This document shows positions 61,201 to 64,000 of a stretch of DNA of 64,000 nucleotides, piece by piece (within the stretch, counting starts at the first letter, position 1; every line of letters begins with the position of its first letter). A program made the position numbers and the translations under genes. The DNA lies in NCBI GenBank assembly GCA_951804945.1, contig OX638149.1, positions 77,872,001-77,936,000 on the forward strand. Reading direction: 5' to 3'. The notes under the pieces were generated by a model. That model made no database searches and was not told the origin of the DNA. It saw nothing but the letters and a program-made list of their open reading frames with translations. The DNA comes from Podarcis cretensis (lineage: Eukaryota).

Positions 61201-62578
61201 GGATATACACTGAGTACAAAATAAGTTTAAATTAGAGAACAGAAGATCAAACACTGTGCAATATGTTATTTAGCACTCAAAGGGAACTAAAACCTGTGAA
61301 GGGGAGAAGGGATTTTACTGTGTAAAATCTACAAAGGTGTAAAAGATCTCCAGAGCTGGGAAGAAAATAGTGTATACACAACCTCTCTCTATATAGTCAT
61401 TGCCTTGACCTTTCATAACTGGCACAAAGACTGTCACCTTCATCCCCTGAAACCCCCTGCCAAAACCTGGGCAGGAATTTTGTAATCTCATTACAAAGAG
61501 AAATAAGTAAGTGCTTACACCATGACAGCGTAGAAGGAAAGTAAATAGTTTAGATTTCAGTTATCTCTTTGCTCTAGATGGAAATCCTTCAAAGGTCACA
61601 AGGAAGTGTGAGGCATATTGCTTTATTTCTAACTTTCTTTAGGGGTGAGCAAATATCTGCAGATATATACTAGATCTGGAAATAATAGACCTACTTAAAA
61701 AATATACATATATTAACCATTCTGTACAAATTAATGAGAAAATAAATTGCATGCACTTTCTTTACTTCTGAGGTGGCCAAGGAGTGTTTGGGAACATCCT
61801 TTCATTCTTCCTATCATCTCTATGGTGGTCTGCATTGTGCAGCCTCCATAGGTGCCTGCACTTGCACAAAGTGGAACATCCTTGGCTGGGCTTTATTTAA
61901 GGTTATTTACAGTGCAGTCCTATACAGATAGAAGTAAGTCCCATTGAGTTCTACAGTCCCTGCTCCCCAGTACATGAGTAAAGAACTGCAGCGTCCATGT
62001 GTTATATGTCCACCAGCTTAATTTGCTTTTATAACCTCTCTGCTTCTTTCTCTTTGTTTAGTACTTTGATAAGAGAGATAAAAATAAAGATACAACTAAA
62101 CAAAATGAGCAAGTAATAAAGCCAAGATAAAAGCAACAAGAAGAGTAAAAATAGCACTGCAACAAATAAAACAGCGCAGATAAAATCTGAAATTTAAAAG
62201 CAGCAGCAAACGCCCTCACCTCCTGCAATATGCCACAATAAAATACCTGAGTAAATAAAACCATTTTTACTTGGCACCAAAAACCCATAAGAGGGGTGCC
62301 AGGAGTACAGTTCCAGGGAGGGCCCTGCATAGAAAGAGAATGCATTGCTTTTTTTCAAATTTGCCAAGATGTTTGTTCTGTTACTTACCCATTGAATCAT
62401 CTACCCATCTATTCATCTGTTTCTTGACCTTATCCATTTTGCCTTTCTTATGAGTATATCTGATAGATACAAGGAAATAACTGAGACAGTTTATGGGTAG
62501 ACTTACATGTTATAACTGGTGTTGTTGTCAATGGTGGGATGATGGTAACCTTTCCCGATTCACCTTCTGCACTAGAAG
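1..62578 (-). CDS. MUC5B: Gel-forming mucin gene (MUC5B-like), 48 coding exons visible; 5' exon(s) and stop codon outside the window
   Basis: Spliced ORF with consistent phases encoding VWD/C8/TIL x3, a CysD+PTS central exon, VWD4, VWC and CK. MUC5B-type segments: TTPCFCR..FSP|[32 protein letters not shown], no GDPH, TEGQCG. Family call is near-certain; 5B versus 5AC is from recalled sequences. Confidence 0.85.
1539..1650 (-). CDS. MUC5B: Mucin exon, cystine knot (CKVHKN...[11 protein letters not shown])
   Basis: 112 nt, CxGxC motif. Confidence 0.94.
2227..2278 (-). CDS. MUC5B: Mucin exon ([17 protein letters not shown])
   Basis: 52 nt. Confidence 0.9.
2299..2327. repeat. (GTT)n microsatellite
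   Basis: Direct reading. Confidence 0.9.
2602..2730 (-). CDS. MUC5B: Mucin exon ([17 protein letters not shown]...EECES)
   Basis: 129 nt. Confidence 0.92.
3962..4057 (-). CDS. MUC5B: Mucin exon ([20 protein letters not shown])
   Basis: 96 nt. Confidence 0.94.
4263..4385 (-). CDS. MUC5B: Mucin exon, VWC (KPCETCVC...CDKDCQE)
   Basis: 123 nt. Confidence 0.93.
4802..5265. mobile_element. Probable hAT-like non-autonomous element hosting the CR1 fragment
   Basis: 12-bp inverted ends tagggttgccag/ctggcaacccta; internal 37-bp inverted repeat 4854-4890/4917-4953; TSD not clean. Confidence 0.55.
4991..5218 (+). mobile_element. CR1 LINE 3' fragment (5'-truncated)
   Basis: ORF2 C-terminus [24 protein letters not shown]..., ends ...ctgtgattctatg (CR1 octamer tail). 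Confidence 0.9.
7037..7080 (-). CDS. MUC5B: Mucin exon ([14 protein letters not shown])
   Basis: 44 nt, phase 1-0. Confidence 0.9.
8114..8218 (-). CDS. MUC5B: Mucin exon ([13 protein letters not shown]...GDCCVSFPC)
   Basis: 105 nt. Confidence 0.94.
9354..9531 (-). CDS. MUC5B: Mucin exon, VWC-like ([14 protein letters not shown]...DPCCPELQC)
   Basis: 178 nt. Confidence 0.94.
10724..10755 (-). CDS. MUC5B: Mucin mini-exon ([10 protein letters not shown])
   Basis: 32 nt, cag/gtgagt. Confidence 0.92.
11679..11779 (-). CDS. MUC5B: Mucin exon ([14 protein letters not shown]...CVKTC)
   Basis: 101 nt. Confidence 0.94.
12303..12507. mobile_element. Tc1/mariner-type MITE, same family as 51708, opposite orientation
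   Basis: TIR cagtggtac...gtaccactg with TA TSD; interior is the reverse complement of the 51708 copy. Confidence 0.85.
13417..13486 (-). CDS. MUC5B: Mucin exon ([22 protein letters not shown])
   Basis: 70 nt. Confidence 0.93.
14215..14393 (-). CDS. MUC5B: Mucin exon, C8-4 ([11 protein letters not shown]...GVCTDWR)
   Basis: 179 nt, phase 2-1. Confidence 0.93.
14763..14797. repeat. (TTA)n microsatellite, probably the tail of a retro-element remnant at ~14710-14800
   Basis: Direct reading. Confidence 0.85.
15137..15368 (-). CDS. MUC5B: Mucin exon, VWD4 end plus short PTS ([13 protein letters not shown]...LCELIVS)
   Basis: 232 nt. Confidence 0.95.
15554..15689. mobile_element. Palindromic hAT-type MITE
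   Basis: TIR caggcttcctcaacctc/gaggttgaggaagcctg; 8-bp TSD gtcaaacc/gtcaaact. Degenerate relatives near 3240-3360, 44705-44820, 48830-48960, 52655-52740, 56237-56360, 60890-61030. Confidence 0.8.
15978..16161 (-). CDS. MUC5B: Mucin exon, VWD4 (IFFNHEPV...HNTEGQC)
   Basis: 184 nt. Confidence 0.95.
16716..16963 (-). CDS. MUC5B: Mucin exon, VWD4 start ([14 protein letters not shown]...)
   Basis: 248 nt. Confidence 0.95.
17530..17698 (-). CDS. MUC5B: Mucin exon ([15 protein letters not shown]...YECE)
   Basis: 169 nt. Confidence 0.94.
17827..18020 (+). mobile_element. Old tRNA-derived SINE remnant (similar remnants near 52783-52970 + and 15750-15845 -)
   Basis: Degenerate A/B-box head tctcaatggtagagcac...ggtcccatgtttaatcc. 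Confidence 0.5.
18543..18808 (-). CDS. MUC5B: Mucin exon ([19 protein letters not shown]...[10 protein letters not shown])
   Basis: 266 nt. Confidence 0.94.
19670..19783 (-). CDS. MUC5B: Mucin exon (ATSTSIP...[18 protein letters not shown])
   Basis: 114 nt (111 with the alternative NAGNAG acceptor), donor gtgagt. Confidence 0.9.
20481..31511 (-). CDS. MUC5B: Large central mucin exon: 13 CysD domains interspersed with PTS regions
   Basis: 11,031 nt inside the 3694-aa ORF; acceptor ttacag|AA, donor CAG|gtaatt, phase 1-1; CysD with 10 Cys and WxxW motifs (WTEW/WTPW/WTSW). Confidence 0.96.
21341..31075 (-). repeat. Coding tandem array: 11 x 885 bp (295 aa; one CysD plus PTS per unit)
   Basis: gtagtggtaacaagggg recurs at 21341+885n up to 31076; the ORF track repeats with period 885. 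Confidence 0.97.
32304..32492 (-). CDS. MUC5B: Mucin exon ([10 protein letters not shown]...[14 protein letters not shown])
   Basis: 189 nt. Confidence 0.94.
32581..32624 (-). CDS. MUC5B: Mucin exon ([14 protein letters not shown])
   Basis: 44 nt, phase 2-1. Confidence 0.9.
33018..33158. mobile_element. Short Tc1/mariner-type MITE, related family
   Basis: TIR cagtagtacctcc...ggaggtgctactg, TA TSD. Confidence 0.75.
33203..33347 (-). CDS. MUC5B: Mucin exon ([20 protein letters not shown]...)
   Basis: 145 nt. Confidence 0.94.
33764..33892 (-). CDS. MUC5B: Mucin exon, TIL3 ([19 protein letters not shown])
   Basis: 129 nt. Confidence 0.96.
34139..34198. repeat. (gtaccacact)x3 merging into (CA)n
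   Basis: Direct reading. Confidence 0.85.
34335..34491 (-). CDS. MUC5B: Mucin exon, C8-3 ([23 protein letters not shown])
   Basis: 157 nt. Confidence 0.96.
35742..35981 (-). CDS. MUC5B: Mucin exon, VWD3 ([11 protein letters not shown]...ACHSQ)
   Basis: 240 nt, CGLCG motif. Confidence 0.96.
36937..37116 (-). CDS. MUC5B: Mucin exon, VWD3 ([14 protein letters not shown]...WDKKTSIFI)
   Basis: 180 nt. Confidence 0.95.
38068..38181 (-). CDS. MUC5B: Mucin exon, VWD3 ([22 protein letters not shown])
   Basis: 114 nt. Confidence 0.95.
38281..38419 (-). CDS. MUC5B: Mucin exon, VWD3 start ([13 protein letters not shown])
   Basis: 139 nt. Confidence 0.95.
39095..39420 (-). mobile_element. CR1 LINE 3' fragment
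   Basis: (catagaat)n tail; ORF 39180-39461 includes the CR1 ORF2 C-terminus; near-identical to the 4991 copy. Confidence 0.92.
39893..40044 (-). CDS. MUC5B: Mucin exon, D' ([16 protein letters not shown]...CNT)
   Basis: 152 nt. Confidence 0.95.
40993..41093 (-). CDS. MUC5B: Mucin exon, D' ([10 protein letters not shown]...[13 protein letters not shown])
   Basis: 101 nt. Confidence 0.95.
41436..41488 (-). CDS. MUC5B: Mucin exon ([17 protein letters not shown])
   Basis: 53 nt, phase 2-1. Confidence 0.9.
41929..42184 (-). CDS. MUC5B: Mucin exon, TIL2 ([15 protein letters not shown]...PVDGC)
   Basis: 256 nt. Confidence 0.95.
42942..43068 (-). CDS. MUC5B: Mucin exon, C8-2 ([23 protein letters not shown])
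   Basis: 127 nt. Confidence 0.95.
44890..44984 (-). CDS. MUC5B: Mucin exon, C8-2 ([21 protein letters not shown])
   Basis: 95 nt. Confidence 0.95.
45175..47279 (+). mobile_element. 2.1-kb non-autonomous non-LTR retro-element (L1-mobilised, HAL1-like)
   Basis: Exact 18-bp TSD gaggaaggaaatgatcta (45157-45174, 47280-47297); CpG-rich 5' end; AATAAA 47257-47262 and A8 tail; single ORF. Confidence 0.8.
46034..46633 (+). CDS. Element-borne ORF, 199 aa ([14 protein letters not shown]...), possible coiled-coil N-terminus; unknown function
   Basis: ATG with -3 A; only long ORF in the element; no recognisable RT or endonuclease motifs. Confidence 0.5.
   Translation: MSAKEEVASVLNRTIYLLGKLHKQIDVMATNIDILGTKVGISIEVDKNPAQESFLTEQIDELEKEKVAVVEYKAKQGGALTLKRQMEDYNLRPYMTVIRRSQFLKMVAWPNLEKERWRDPLVQGSNDFWNMNLSQEEIGALGAFGLRRIVKQDSEYFMGPSFNYGNLADLSRRNISIVGLELPRDLLFSTKDYQEDWQK
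47662..47826 (-). CDS. MUC5B: Mucin exon, VWD2 (LCGNFD...[12 protein letters not shown]...SIEN)
   Basis: 165 nt. Confidence 0.95.
47925..48062 (-). CDS. MUC5B: Mucin exon, VWD2 ([14 protein letters not shown]...GRTC)
   Basis: 138 nt. Confidence 0.95.
49132..49201 (-). CDS. MUC5B: Mucin exon, VWD2 ([23 protein letters not shown])
   Basis: 70 nt, AG/GT. Confidence 0.93.
49378..49726. other. Assembly gap (349 N), intronic
   Basis: Run of N; flanking exons join in phase 0 (DQT|TIVISP). Confidence 0.99.
51013..51123 (-). CDS. MUC5B: Mucin exon, VWD2 ([26 protein letters not shown])
   Basis: 111 nt, phase 0-0. Confidence 0.94.
51708..51949. mobile_element. Tc1/mariner-type MITE
   Basis: TIR cagtggtacctcaggtta...taacctgaggtaccactg, TA on both sides. 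Confidence 0.88.
52132..52270 (-). CDS. MUC5B: Mucin exon, VWD2 start ([13 protein letters not shown]...VLSK); GC donor
   Basis: 139 nt; donor AAG|GCAAGT. Confidence 0.92.
53113..53478 (+). mobile_element. Sauria SINE (lacertid-type)
   Basis: tRNA-like head with ggttcgactcc B-box, ctcctgccaacctagcagtt core, acctttt tail; TSD (t)atgtagcagaat(gg) on both sides. Confidence 0.9.
53564..53843. mobile_element. hAT-type MITE with internal short repeats
   Basis: TIR caggggttggcaa/ttgccgacccctg; 8-bp TSD cactaggc/cactagac. Confidence 0.75.
54024..54141 (-). CDS. MUC5B: Mucin exon ([19 protein letters not shown]...)
   Basis: 118 nt, AG/GT. Confidence 0.94.
54394..54519 (-). CDS. MUC5B: Mucin exon, TIL1 (...[14 protein letters not shown])
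   Basis: 126 nt, AG/GT. Confidence 0.95.
55955..56168 (-). CDS. MUC5B: Mucin exon, C8-1 (...[22 protein letters not shown])
   Basis: 214 nt, AG/GT. Confidence 0.95.
56588..56697 (-). CDS. MUC5B: Mucin exon ([24 protein letters not shown])
   Basis: 110 nt, AG/GT. Confidence 0.94.
58125..58215 (-). CDS. MUC5B: Mucin exon, VWD1 ([20 protein letters not shown])
   Basis: 91 nt, CGLCG motif. Confidence 0.95.
58731..59097 (+). mobile_element. Sauria SINE (second copy)
   Basis: Collinear with the 53113 copy; ggttcgaatcc B-box; cctttacctttt tail. Confidence 0.9.
59772..59886 (-). CDS. MUC5B: Mucin exon, VWD1 (VQLPYTGSG...LWNEKDSLM)
   Basis: 115 nt, AG/GT, phase 2-0. Confidence 0.93.
60397..60658 (-). 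CDS. MUC5B: Mucin exon, VWD1 start ([23 protein letters not shown]...)
   Basis: 262 nt, canonical splice sites, VWD CSTWG..TFDG motif. Confidence 0.95.
62507..62578 (-). CDS. MUC5B: Mucin exon, N-terminal segment ([23 protein letters not shown])
   Basis: 72 nt, AG/GTAAGT, phase 1-1; resembles the MUC5B pre-D1 segment. Confidence 0.75.
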
Positions 62579-63461
62579 CTACAAACAAAGGGAACAGAAA
62601 AACCATAATTTGTATGTATGTTCATTTGTGTGCATTCTTTAAACAGTTAAAGCCATAATCTCAGCTTTCAGGGCCTGGTAAATGCTATGATTGTGCTTTT
62701 GCACCAGTGTGCAGAAAGCCCATGGTGGAAGATAGCAATCCAAAAGTTGGCAATCGAAAAGCAGTGTGTGAAACTCTTATAAGAGCACACTCACCACGAA
62801 GTGTAGAATATGCATGACTGAGATTGGTGGATACTCTAACTATATCAGCTGCTGACAGTGGTTCTCAATTTCAGTGAAATTATAAATATGTATTTTCCTT
62901 TAAGTTTGTATATCAAACTAACAGATATTGTGAATGGGCACAATCCAGCCAAAGTTAATCAATCTTTCAAATCTTTATCATCCAAAATATTGATGGGCTC
63001 TGACACATCTTGGCTCTGGAGGATGTTACTGCAACAGGTATTATTAGATACATTGCCATCCACTGCTCTAAAACTTCCAAGAGTCCAGGAGAGGACACAA
63101 TTAATGGTTTGGGTTTGGCCAATGAGGAATGCCTGATCTGGCCGATTGCTGTTGCTGGGCCTGCCTTCAGTGTCTTCAGATGGAAGGTTTGGGGCACAAT
63201 CTAACTAAAGATAGTTTGCCATACATCTCACAGATATCTGTGGGGGTTTAATTGATGGTACAAAATTTGGCAAACATAGATAAAAACCCAAAGAAAGAGT
63301 CCCTCATTGAAGGTAAATGGAAAATTGTACTGTGATAAGAGGCTTTGGCTATAATAAAAAGGAGTGAACCTGGCACAAGATCTCTAAATACCCAGCACTC
63401 AAGTCCTACTGATAGCAAGCGCTATTGATTTTAATGGAATCTGCTTCCAAAATAATGCTCT

Positions 63462-63463
<2 letters not shown>

Positions 63464-63494
<31 letters not shown>

Positions 63495-63507
63495 GTAGTG
63501 ATGATGA
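63464..63507. repeat. (GAT)n microsatellite
   Basis: Direct reading. Confidence 0.9.
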
Positions 63508-64000
63508 CCTAAAATGTTAATCCCTGCCTAGAAATCTCACACCTGCCCTGAAAAAGCCTTACCCCTCATTTATGTCAGCTGGGTTGGTTGAGATTCAACA
63601 CCATTTGTCATTTCTTCTTCATTCCTATTTCACATTTTCCAGTGCTGAACTTTGGCATTGAATACAGGTTTCGGCTTAAATCCTAGTAAGGAACTGTACC
63701 AATCAACCGCATCCCAGGATGCAATTCACATGGCATCAGTAATGCTTCCTGATTCAAATGAGACTCTAGTACCCTTTAACATACAATGAGACCAATAACA
63801 TTTGGTACTATTTGGACCTGACATCTTTCCGCAGGGCCTGCAAGACAGAGTTGTTCCACCAGGCCTTTGGTCAGGGCGCAGCCTGACTCCCTCCTCTGGC
63901 AACCTGCACAGAATTTTGCTTAATGGTTGCCATCAATTTGATTTTAATTAATTTTTATAATGAAATGTTTTTAGAATGTTGGATTATTTGATTGTTTGAT

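Noticed and set aside
1-62578. Calling the gene MUC5AC or MUC2
   Set aside because: There is no GDPH, and the post-PTS segments and Cys pattern match recalled MUC5B better. A phylogeny plus synteny check is still needed.
63563-63626. Candidate upstream mucin exon with a strong donor (GGG|gtaagg)
   Set aside because: It has stops in all three frames from the nearest AG and no polypyrimidine tract.

Overview
Vertebrate genomic DNA, most likely from a lacertid-type lizard (Sauria SINEs, CR1 LINE ends). Nearly the whole window is one minus-strand gel-forming mucin gene, best read as MUC5B. I traced 48 coding exons by hand, from 62578 down to base 1, with consistent splice phases (about 5,800 codons). 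The signal-peptide exon(s) lie beyond 64000 and the stop codon just before base 1. The domain order is VWD1-VWD2-D'-VWD3, an 11,031-bp central exon, VWD4, VWC-like domains and a cystine knot. The central exon holds 13 CysD domains, 11 of them in a near-perfect tandem array of 885-bp CysD+PTS units. Notable points are an altered, one-residue-shorter GDPH site in VWD4, a GC-AG intron and an apparent extra intron after the central exon. One intron carries an antisense 2.1-kb retro-element with an 18-bp TSD, CpG-rich 5' end and poly(A), encoding a single unrecognised ~200-aa ORF (HAL1/non-autonomous L1-like). The introns also contain CR1 fragments, Sauria SINEs, Tc1/mariner- and hAT-type MITEs, microsatellites and a 349-nt assembly gap. 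Orthology statements rest on remembered mucin sequences, not on a database search.
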